Assembly (NCBI GenBank): GCA_013265495.1
Contig: MU058009.1
Coordinates: 4,532,739-4,596,738 of the forward strand
Length of the DNA stretch: 64,000 nt
DNA from: Vicugna vicugna
Lineage: Eukaryota
Direction: 5' to 3'
Position 1 is the first letter of the stretch, and the number at the start of each line of letters is the position of its first letter. Positions 25,340 through 35,960 of this stretch are shown in pieces. A program made the position numbers and the translations under genes. The notes under the pieces are model-generated. The model saw only the letters and a program-made list of their open reading frames with translations, was not told where the DNA came from and ran no database searches.

Positions 25340-25723
25340 GCTGAGCAGCAGAACTTACGCCCTTCACAGAAGCTCCGCCTACGACCTGATTTGTGAACGG
25401 GGCCTTTGCCTGCGTAGCGCTACTGGATCCCAGTGACCTGGTGGCCTGATTAGCAAAGGGAAGCTCGGACACAGTAGACACACTCGGCGGAAAGGCAGCC
25501 AAGTGCAGACAGAGCAGAGGCTGGAGGGACGCAGCTGTGAGGCACGGGACGCCCAGGGTCGCCAGACACCGCCAGACAAAGAGGCAAGGAAGGCTCCTCC
25601 CCTAGCGCCTTCAGGACACCTCGGCTGGAGACTTCCAGGCTCCAGAACCGGGCCGAATACGTGTCTGTTGTTTTAAGCCACACAGTTGGTGGTGATTTTT
25701 CGTGTCCGTCTTAGCGAAGTAAT
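25340..25723 (+). mobile_element. MaLR solo LTR, MLT1C/D-like
   Basis: gaggcaaggaaggctcctcccctagcgccttcagg...gacttccaggctccagaacc...tctgttgttttaagccacacagttggtggtgattt...agtaata. Confidence 0.8.
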
Positions 25724-26323
25724 AGTGGGGCCATTACAATTCATTTTATTAAAAAAAATAGCAAAACAAAAATTACGTTAATTGAAAAAAGTTTACAGAT
25801 TTTTCATTCACGGCAGCGTGAATAAAGATGCCTCATATGATACTGGAAATATTGTTAATGTTAAGAAATATATAATACATGGAAAATAGAGGAAAAACAT
25901 CATGGGGGCAATGATAGGAAACACCCGGATTAGGGGATGGATTCTGCCCCCGGGGACAGAGGGCGGATGGGCGAGCACTCTCACAGGACTGGGCAGTGGT
26001 CGTGCCCACACTTTCTCAGAGGCTAGAAGCGGGTCCCTGCAAGAAGCTGACGGCAGGGACTTCGCTCTCGTCCCTGAGCTGGAAGGAGCCAGAAAGTCCA
26101 CGTGAGACCCAGAACCGGACCTCCGTGTGTGCGAGGCGACCCACAGGGGTGACCCCCGTCCCACATGCAGGACCTGGAGGGCAGTGCAGCCCCAGAGCCA
26201 GGAGGGGCGTGCAGAGGGGAAGCAGAGACCCTCACAAGAGGCACTAGAGGAAGATGAGCAAATTAGGACACCGCGGAGACGATCAGAAGGGAACAGAACA
26301 ATAGACCGAAAACGCAAAGGGAA

Positions 26324-26680
26324 GTGAGAAGGCTGAACCGTGTCCTCCCCAAATTCACAAGTTTGAGTCCTGATCCCCCAGGGCCTCAGAATGTGATTGC
26401 GTTTGGAGATAAGGAATGTACTGCGGTCATTAAGGCACCGAGGAGTGATCGGGGTGGGCCGGAATCCAGCATCACTGGTGTCCTCACCAGGAGAAGTCAG
26501 AGCACAGACACACACGGAGGGTCGGCCCTGCGGAGACACGGGAGGAAGACAGCCGTCCTGTGTGCAACCAAGGAGACAGGCCTCAGGCGAGACCAGCCTG
26601 CTGGCTCCTGGCTCTTGGGCTTCCGACCCCCGGAGCTGTGAGAAAAGAGGTGTCTGTCGCTGAAGCCACAGCTGCTGTGC
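26324..26680 (+). mobile_element. MaLR solo LTR, MLT1A/B-like, 3' end eroded
   Basis: gctgaaccgtgtcctccccaaattcac...cctcagaatgtgattgcgtttggagataagg...ggagctgtgagaaaagaggtgtctgtcgctgaagccac. Confidence 0.8.
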
Positions 26681-27220
26681 CCCCTCATTGGCCGAAGGGG
26701 CGGGGCTCCCTGCGGTCTCCTCTGTGGTCGCCTCCCAAGACTCCACCTGCTTATACATCCCACCAACATATGATGCTTACAGGGACACAAACATTCAGAC
26801 AGCAGTGCAGATGGAAGCAGGCTTGAGGGCTAGCAGACAGACAGGTCGGATTACCTGCAGGGAAAGAGCAGTGGGCGGATTTCTTTGTGGTGGGGACAGA
26901 GAGGAGCTCCCGCGGGCTCAGCTCAGGACAGGGTCACAGCCGCCTGATGACCATGTACCCAGCTCAAGTGCCACTCGGGAGGGAGGGAAGATAAAATTCT
27001 CTTAAGACACAGAAGGAAGGAGAGACTTAACCACCCAGAGCCCTTGGTTCTAAGGGCTGTGTTCAGTGAACACAAACAGACAAAAATAATCAATTCAGAT
27101 GGAAGCAACTGGTGTATCAGCAGAGACTAAAAAAATAAATCAGTAAAATAAGGCAAAGCTAAATATTGATTGCAATCATAATTTTCATATTAAAAACACC
27201 TGAATTTAAACTTGTGAATA

Positions 27221-27440
27221 AGGAGCCAGCAAATTGCAGCCCGCAGGCAGAACCTGACCTTCCTTCCTCTTTCATAATCAAGGTTTATTGAAACGCGGCC
27301 ACGCTCACTCCTGCATGAGCTGCCTGCGGCTCCGTCCGGGCCGGAACAGCGGAGCTGATTCGTTGCGATGAGCACCCTGTGGCCTTTAAAGCTGAAGGTG
27401 GTCACTGCTTGGCCCTTTTGCAGTGAGTTCCGGACCCCAG
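27221..27440 (+). mobile_element. MER58A-like hAT-Charlie DNA transposon (MITE)
   Basis: cagcaaattgcagcccgcaggcagaacctgacc...aggtttattgaaacgcggccacgctcactc...tggcccttttgcagtgagttccggacccc is colinear with the roughly 220-bp MER58A consensus, including degraded TIRs. Confidence 0.8.
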
Positions 27441-29880
27441 TGCCACGCACGGCTTTGAGGAGATGACGGGCGATGAGGCTGCGAGGGAGTGTGCGTGTGG
27501 ACGTGAACGCTTACCGACGCCCTCGTTTTCGGGAGAAGGAATCGTATGCTGATTTTCCTTAATTTCATTAAAAGCTATAAATTGAACTCTTTAAAGCCTG
27601 GAAGGTAAACATTAAAACAATAGGAACAAAATACATTACCTTTAAATATGTAAATTCAAAGAAGTGGGGGAAGACTTACATTTAAAAAGCTTTATAAATT
27701 AGTAGAAAGTCAAAAAAGGAAGCAGGGAAAATAATAGAAAACAGAAAATGCGTAATAATCCATGGATGTGTGTGCATTTAAAGTGTTTTAAAATATCCTG
27801 AAAGGGTTGAGGGGGAGGGATGGGGCAGGAAGGGGGAGAGGAGCTGCCATCCTTTTCAAATTGTCTTTTTCTACGCAATTTCAGTTGCCTGCATTAGGAA
27901 GAGATTAAGCAAAAACATCGACCGTTGTCAATTCTAGGTACGGGGATTAATGTTTTGGTTTTAAGGTCATCTATCACTTTATACACTTTTTAACTTCTCA
28001 GAATTAAGTAATAAGGCTTTAAAAATGACAGAAGAGCACAATGGCAACTGGGCCAGCCCCACGTGCCTGCAAGGCCACGTGCGCACACACAGCAGACTGG
28101 ATGAGCAGGCATCACACTTCAACAGCAACACCTGCCCGGCCCCAGCACGCAGCACCCAGCCAAGCAACGCACGCCCCGCGAGACGGGATGGGGTGGCCGG
28201 ACCGGTGAGTTACAGGTCCCTTCATCCCCTTGGTGAAGTGGGTGATGCTGCCAGGAGATGAGACTCTCCCCGGAGGGCTCAGCCCTGCCGGCCCTTTGGT
28301 AAGAGCTCACCGAGGCCACCTCTGCCGTGCGGACGGCCATTAGCTGTGAACGTGGCCACAGGGATGGTCAGCTGTGGTCAACCCATGCCAGAGTTCTGTT
28401 TCTTTATAAATTCTCTTTTTTTCCTCAAGTTCTGCACTTCAGGTTTGACCCTTTGGTCCCCACCTTAATGTCTGAAGGGCCATCCCTCAGTGAATTGGCC
28501 GTGTTCATGGTCTCAGCCACACCAGTACGTAACAGGTGATGAGACAGGGGACGTGTCCTGACAGTCCAGCAGCTTGCTCTGCACGCAGACACTGGGGAGA
28601 CGAGTGTGCGCCTTCACACTGGTGTTTCACTCCGTCTTATGAGTGGGCATAGCCGAGTCTCTGAGTCTTATGTGTGCACGAACTCCTCCTGAGCTAGAAT
28701 TTCTGGGCTTTCCAGAATGAATTAATCACCCTGTCCACACGCACACGCCCAGCCCACCCACTTTGGCTGTGATGTCTCCCACATGTGTTTACAAGCGCAA
28801 TTAGAGAAAGTTATTTTCTGAATAGAGTTTGCTAAGTGAAAAGTAGAGTCTTCAACTGGTGCTTTGAGTTTGCAAATCATATCCCAAGGCAGAGAAAAAA
28901 GCATAAAACAAGAACTCATTGTAGCAAGAGCTGGAACGAAAACAATAGCCATAAATTCCGCCAGGGGCAGGATGGGAAAGTCCACATCCGTCACTAAGCA
29001 GGAAATTGAAAAATACAAATAAAAGACTAGTAACTCCCTGTTCATTCTTAAGTCCTAGTGGCAGCTGGTCTGCGCTTGTGCAAGAAGCTTTTGTGCACGA
29101 CTGGTGTTCGTTTTGAGGCGGGACAGTTCCAAAGCCTTGGTGATGCATAGGGCAGCCTTGCTGAACGTAACCTGTTAAACAGCCCACTAGGCTTACAAGG
29201 TTCAGAATGTTAAAAAACAAAATTGGACCAAGAGCTCTGTTTTGTGCCGAAGCCACACAGATGATTTTTGAATAAGGGACACAACACCGCTCATCTGAGC
29301 TCGCTAACGACACCGGGGACGCCGGCTGCTGTACATTCCGACTCTGTCTGGAACGCGCATCAGGGAGCATCATCACACACAACGTCACGCGTCCAGGGCC
29401 CGACGACAGCTGATGCGCGGCTGGGAAAAACAAGGCCGTGAGGTCACACGTGGGTCCTGCTCTGAGGAAATCACTCTGCAGGCTTGATTCCTGCTTCCCC
29501 CGTGATCCGCAAGCCCCCTCCCCACCACCCAGGAAGGGTTTTAAAAAAAGCCAATTTCAGGTAACAAAATGAGCTACTTATTTTCAAAAGGAGAGCAAGG
29601 AACCTAAAATGCACCCTGACTTGACCTCAGCCATTTTTCTAGGGCGGACGGTAAGGATGGAGCAGGGGCCAGTAGGAGTCAGGCGAACCTGTGAACCTTC
29701 AGTGCGAACCACAGTGTCGAGGGGAGCCCTCAATGTTTCCGGTCGAGAGCTCTGTCCACTGTCTGCAACGTTCTACAGGACTTCAGATTCTCCCCAGAAG
29801 GTGGTGTTCCTCACGATGACCAGCCCACAGATGGACGTGACTTGGGTCACGTGGATTGTTAAGGCAGCAGGCATGTCAAA

Positions 29881-30027
29881 ATGTGTGTGTTGTCTGTGCG
29901 TGTGCATCTGTGTGTGTGTGTGTGTGTGCGTGCATGTCTGTGTGTGCATGTATGTGCGTGTGTGTGTCTCTGTGTGTGCATGTGTGTGCACGTGCACGCA
30001 CGCGCGCGTGTGTGTGTGTGTGTGTGT
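29881..30027. repeat. Compound (TG)n/(CG)/(CA) microsatellite
   Basis: About 145 bp of mostly alternating purine-pyrimidine sequence. Confidence 0.95.
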
Positions 30028-30098
30028 AGGCTGGGGATGGACAGACCGGCAGCAGACCAGGTGCAGTTCCCAGTGTGGTGGGGATAAACATCTTACAG

Positions 30099-31305
30099 GC
30101 ATTTTTTTTTCACGTGCTTATTGGCCATTTGCGTATCTTCACTGGAGAAATGTTTGTTTGGTTCCTCTGCCCACTTTTGGATTGGGTTGTTTGTTTGTTT
30201 CTTTGTTTTTTATTGAGTTGACTGAGCTGTTGGTATATTCTGGACATTACTCCCTTAATTATGATGATAATTATTAATGATGTCAGTCTCATCATTTGCA
30301 AATATTCTCTCCCATTCTGTAGGTTGTCTTTTTTGTTTTATTTATAATTTCCTGTGCAATGTAAAAGCGTACACATTTAATTAGGTCCCATTTGTTTATT
30401 CTTGCTTGTATTTCTGTTGCCTGGGTGGACTGCCCGAGGAGAACATTGCTGAGATTTATGTCAGAGAATGTTTTTGCCTGTGTTTTCTTCTGGGACGTTT
30501 GTGGTGCCTTGTCTTCTATTTATGTCTTTAAGCCATTCTGAGTTTACTTCTGTGTATGGTGTGAGGCAGTGCTCCACCTTCACTGATTTGCATGTGGCTG
30601 TCCAGCTTTCCCAGCACCACTTGCTGAAGAGACTGTCTTTTCTCCATGGTATATTCTTGTCTCTTTCGTCGAACACTAATTGACCTTTTTAGTGTGGGGG
30701 TTTACTTCTGGACTTTCTACTCTATTCCATTGATCCATATGTCTTTTTCTGCTCCAGCACCATTGCTGTTTTGATTACTGTAGCTCTGTAGTGTTGTCTG
30801 ATGTCTGGGAGGGTTATTCCTCCAGCTTTGTTCTTTTTCTTCAGTATTGCTTTGGAAATTCTGGGTCTTTTGTGATTCCATATAAATTTTAGAATTATTT
30901 GTCCTAGTTCTGTGAAAAAATGTCCTGGGTAATTTGATAGAGATTTCATTAAATCTGTAGATTGCTTTGAGGGGTATGGTCATTTTAGCAATATTAATTT
31001 TTCCAATCCAAGAGCATGGGATATCTTTCCATTTCTTTACATCATCTTAAATTTCTTTAATCAGTGTTTTATAGTTCTCTGTGTATAAGTCTTTCACTTC
31101 CTTGGTCAGGTTTATTCCTAAGTGTTTTATTTTTTTGATGTCATTTTTAAAAGGGGTATTTTTTACTGTCCTTTTATAATATTTCATTGTTAGTGTAAAA
31201 AATGCAACAGGTTTCTATATGTTAATCTTATATCCTGCTACCTTGCTGGATTTGTTTATCAGCTCTAGTAGTTTTTGCATTGAGTCTTTAGGGTTTTCTA
31301 AATAT
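30099..31305 (-). mobile_element. LINE-1 ORF2 segment; inverted 5' half of a twin-primed insertion
   Basis: Minus-strand ORFs give L1 ORF2 peptides ([63 protein letters not shown]) with frameshifts. Confidence 0.95.
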
Positions 31306-31945
31306 CACTAATTATTAGAGAAATGCAAATCAAAACTGCAGTGAGGTATCACCTCACACCAGTCAGAATGGCCATCATTCAAAAGTCCACAAATGACAAA
31401 TATGCTGAACAATAGCCAAGACATGGAAACAACCTAAATGTCCATCAACAGATGACTGGATAAAGTAGCTGTGGTATATTTATACAATGGAATACTACTC
31501 GGTCATAAAAAAGAATAAAAACTTCCATTTGCAGCAACATGGATGGACTTGGAGATCATCATTCCAAGGGAAGTAAACCAGAAACAGAAAGAAAAATACC
31601 ATGTGATATTACTTACATGTAGAATCAAAAAAAAAAAGGACACAAATGAACTTACTTACAAAACAGAGATAGACTCAAATTTATGATCACCAGTGGGGGA
31701 AGGCAGTGGGAGGGGATAAATTGGGAGTTCAGGATTTGTAGATGCTAACTACAATAATAGATAAACAAGGTCCTACTGATGAGCACGGAGAACTATATTC
31801 AATACCTTGTAATGGCCTATAATGGAAAAGAATATGAAAAGGAATACATATATATATTATATATATGTATAGCAATTCTTAAGCTGTACATGAGAAATTA
31901 ACACAACATTGTAAATCGACTACTCTTCAATTTAAAAAAAAAAAA
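31301..31945 (+). mobile_element. LINE-1 ORF2 end, 3' UTR and poly(A); sense half of the same insertion
   Basis: aatatcactaattattagagaaatgcaaatcaaaact...gactggataaagtagctgtggtatatttatacaatggaatactactc...cacaacattgtaaatcgactactcttcaattt then A-tail; internal deletion near 31407. Confidence 0.95.
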
Positions 31946-34699
31946 CAGCTTATGGGCAAGCAACAATATAGCTGGCGGTATCTGGAAGCTCCCAGCAAAC
32001 CTTTAACCAAACGCCTCTTGGAGGCCAGAGACCTTGCCTGCCCAGGGGCTTCAAAGAGACAGCATCCTCCTGTCCCCAGAGATTCCTAGAGCCTGAAGAT
32101 TCATTTGCACTCACCCCGTTAAGAGCCCTTGCTCAGGACAGTGGCACCCGGGGACGAGCTATTCTGGGAGCTGAGACGGCAGAGGACAGCACTGAATCTC
32201 CGCTGTCTAATGGGCCCCGCGAGGCAGTAAATTTCACAGCAACTTGACACGTTAATATAGAAGTACAGTCTGTTATATCAAAGGGAGATGGTCTTAGTCC
32301 TTACGAGGAAACCAGCAATCCAAAAATGAGAAGTGTGTGCTGGCAACTTGTGAAAAATGTGGTTACCGCTGAGTGCTGGAGAGCAGGGCTTCGTGGCTTC
32401 CCTGCGGAGTTCCCATCGAGGGCAAGCTCGGCCCCCGCCCGCCCCGGACCCCGCAGGGCCCATCACTTCCACTTCTGCTGACCTGCGTCCTTAGGAATCG
32501 GGCCACCCGTGCGGTGCAGCCAGTGGGGGAGAGCCAGCGAGGACACCGCGTGTGGTCCTGGGGGACCACAAGGGCACTGTCTCTCTGAAAGTATGTTTTC
32601 CCCCGTGTCTTTGTCCCACTGTGGCTGCTTGGAGCACATTTCTGCATGACTCCACAGAAAACAGCTTAATTATCCAGTAACAGGGAGACGGTTTGGTAAA
32701 TTACAGGATGAAATATGATGACTTCTATTGCAGCGATCATTATAAAGACCAAATAGAAAGAAATGGGGAATATTTATGTTCAGTATTCAAGGAACGTGTA
32801 AATTATGGCCCTGTCAGAACAGATGTAAAACCATGGAATTGCAGTGCCCAGGACGGGACGGTAACATGTGAGGCTGGAACCAGTTACGTTAGAAGAAAGA
32901 AATGATGTAGGTTTTTCTTTTTTTCCATTTTGCAAATTAGGTTTAACACTGTTGTAACATTATATTCTTAAGGCATATATTTTTAATAAACCACGGTCAC
33001 CAGGAGCTAACTTAATTTATTAACACCTTTTGCCTTTTCTGGTGAGTCATCATCTAACACTAATATTTTTAGCACACATTTAATTTTCTCCCCAAAGCTG
33101 CAGCCCAAGTACAGCTGGAGAGGGAAGACAACATATTTCTTACACCCACAACTTTGCTCACTTCTCAGTGACTTAAGAGATAGACCTGGTTGTTGTGCAA
33201 CCTAAGGTTAATTTAACCAAATTGATATATATTGTTCTGGGGGAAGAGTCAGCTCCATGGGGAACCTTTCCGTCATTCTGTTTTATTTTACTTTGTTTTG
33301 CTTTTCTCTCAAATAATGCTCTAAAAATAACTGTCACGAGGGCAAGTTCTGAGTGACTGCTTCCAGCAGGTCGGGGTCCAGGGGACTGGGGATGAGTCCA
33401 AGGGCTTCTGGGCGTGCTTTGGAAGCTAGTGGATGGAACACACATTTGGGGTGATAGCATTTGGAGTCTCTACAAGAGAAAGGCTTTAATGAGATGCAAT
33501 TAGAGCAGGGACTATGTGTGACTTGTTCAAATTCAGGAAAATATTTTTTTCTCAAACTGAGAATTATACATGGCTTCCTACAGGTCATTACACAGGTGAA
33601 GCAAAAATCACTTGTTTATATGTTTGTGAAGTTACTTATTGCATTATTCTTGATGTGCACCCATCTATATTTTAGTATCAAAAATAGTCAAGCTTCAACA
33701 GAACTAGACAAGTCAACCATGCTCCCATACCCCGTCCCCTCAAGTCTACGCATGCTTTCAGTCCAGCAGGATGCAGAGCTGGTCAGACCACAGAGGCTGC
33801 CCTCTCCTGTGCTTTGGTGTATCTGTGATTACATATGAAGTTCCATCCAATGGGCGGACAGCTTCCCAAAGGCAGAGGAAGTGTATCTCACCCACTCGGT
33901 TCACATACAAGGTAACAAAAATTATTGTGAAAAGCGAACTATTTGGCTGACCTGGGATGGCTAAGAAGTGGGGATGGGGCTGAGCACAGAGGCAGAGAAG
34001 AGAGGCTTAGCTTCCAGTCCTGCCCGACTTCGCAGCCCTTACACCTGAACAGGGGCGTGAGCGGTCCCAGAGGTTTCCCAGGGGCAGCCCCAGCGGGGAG
34101 AGAACTGCAGCAGATACGGTGGAGCCGGTGCCTTGGCGATCTCAGCCACTGTATCTCCTTAACGGTAGACGGATATTTTAAGAACTTACATATATTTATT
34201 GGAAGGTCAATTGTCCCTTATTTGCACTTAAATTTCTTTTTCTTCCTTCTTTTTTGATAAATGCAAATGAGAAGTGCGTTAATACTTTTATTAAATCTGA
34301 AATACGGTTTCAATTCTATAAAGCAGAATAATCCATCAGCCTGTGGAGCTGGCTTCTGTTCGTGTGCGCACACTGCTCTCTGCAGACCAGGGTGAACTGA
34401 CAAAACATCGTTACAGACCTGGGTTCCCTGGTGACAGCGAAGACGGCCAGACCCCAGAGGACGGGGTTCCCGAATGAGAGAGGCCACGCACAGCGATTAA
34501 TCAAAAGAAAGACGGGGACAGAGAGATGGGGGACACCTCACCACAATTAGTGACGAGATTCAAGTGGCAACAAGGGGGCCCAACTTTCCAAGAGCCGCGG
34601 AGGCGGGGACTAAACCGTGATGCTCCCACAGGCCAGAGAGGTAGGTTTAGCTTAATGCGCACAATTATCAGAAATCAGTTACACGTGAGCGGGAGTCCA

Positions 34700-35960
34700 G
34701 GGCTCGTGACCACAGTGAAGGCACTATCTCTTGCCCAGCTTCTAGAAAAATAAATTCAGGCTCAGAGTCCGCTGAAGGGAAGAGACCTGCCTTCCAGTGA
34801 GAAGGGTCCCCGTCACACGTTGGCAAGTGATTTTCTCAGTCCTTCCTCAAATGACCTGGAGCCACGGGCTTAGATGTCCATGCACTTGGAGATAAGCAAA
34901 TTGCTGGACACTGAGTCTGAAATAAAAATGACACGCAGGACCCAAAACAGCACAGTGCCTGAGTCTTAGAATGGAGCTGTAGAGGGGTAAGTGGTCCCCA
35001 CCCCGTGCCCAGCCCTGAGGGAGCACGGGGTCCAAATGCCACGTGATGGCCGTTTCCCCAGCCCTCCAGCGCGTGGCAGGGCAAACACCTGGTAGTGACA
35101 GAGCCCTCACGTTTGGTCTGTTGCCTATCGAGTTACTATGCTGGGAAATGCTAAGTAGAAAGCTCTGTCCCCCTCTCCCCAAAATAGCAAGTGAAAAACC
35201 GCACGGTAGGTGTGCTAAGAGATCCCCAGCTCCAGAGACTTACAGAACACGTGAGTGTTCCCTGCCGAACCTCCATTTACTCAGCGGATTCTCCCTCACA
35301 CAAGCCAGACGGACCAGACCGTGCCACACACCAGACTGGTCATGGCCCCCTGGCTGCTGCGCCAGGGGCTGGGGATGTGGCCGGTGACCTAGTGATCACG
35401 TTGATCTCCTTTCCCAGCAGGAAAGAGAATCAGAAGTATGCGCATGGGATGAACAACACTATACGTGCATTTATGGTCTGCCCTGGGCTAGGACAACGTC
35501 CAGCCTCCAACATATGCCAAAGGGGCTGGATTTCCTGGACATTCTGTAGAAGATCCCACTTGTCCACTGTGTCGATGACGTCTTGCTCGTTAGAGCAGAA
35601 CAGCGAGGACTAGCAAGCACATCAGAGGCTCCGGAAAGATGCATTTATTCCACTCAGAGATCCACGTCACTGCCACTTTTAGGGACTCAGTAGTTGGACA
35701 CGTGGAGACTTCCTCTGGACAGTAACAGATGGACAGTAAGTGTCATACCTCCCACCACTAGTAAAGACGCACCAGGCTCGGGAGCCCCCCGCGGGCACAC
35801 ACTCTGCGCTCGGGCGTCCCAGCCTGGTTCACTGACCGTGTGACATCGTGTGGCACGGAAGGCTGCCAGCTTTGGCCAAGGCCCAGAGTAGGAAGCAAGT
35901 CCAGGCTGCCTGCAAGCAGCCCTGATGCAAGGGCCGCAAGCCTGACAGGCCCTACGGGGA
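34700..35960 (+). mobile_element. ERV-L-class internal relic (gag end, protease, reverse transcriptase)
   Basis: In order: LLDTESE (34901, protease DTG-like), DPKQH, KPDG, DLVITLISFPSRKENQK, WDEQHY, LVHCVDDVLL (YxDD-like, 35562-35579), PPTT, RKAASFGQGPE, QVQAA; matches the ERV-L pol motif order with many stops and indels. Confidence 0.8.

Noticed and set aside
25340..26680. Two same-orientation MLT1 LTRs as a paired-LTR provirus
   Set aside because: They look like different subfamilies, and the 600-bp spacer does not resemble MaLR internal sequence
25808..26758. Longest ORF in the track (316 aa)
   Set aside because: Runs antisense through an MLT1 LTR and other decayed sequence; no domain-like content
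29609..30277. Cys/Val-rich and His/Thr-rich ORFs
   Set aside because: Translations of the (TG)n microsatellite plus antisense L1
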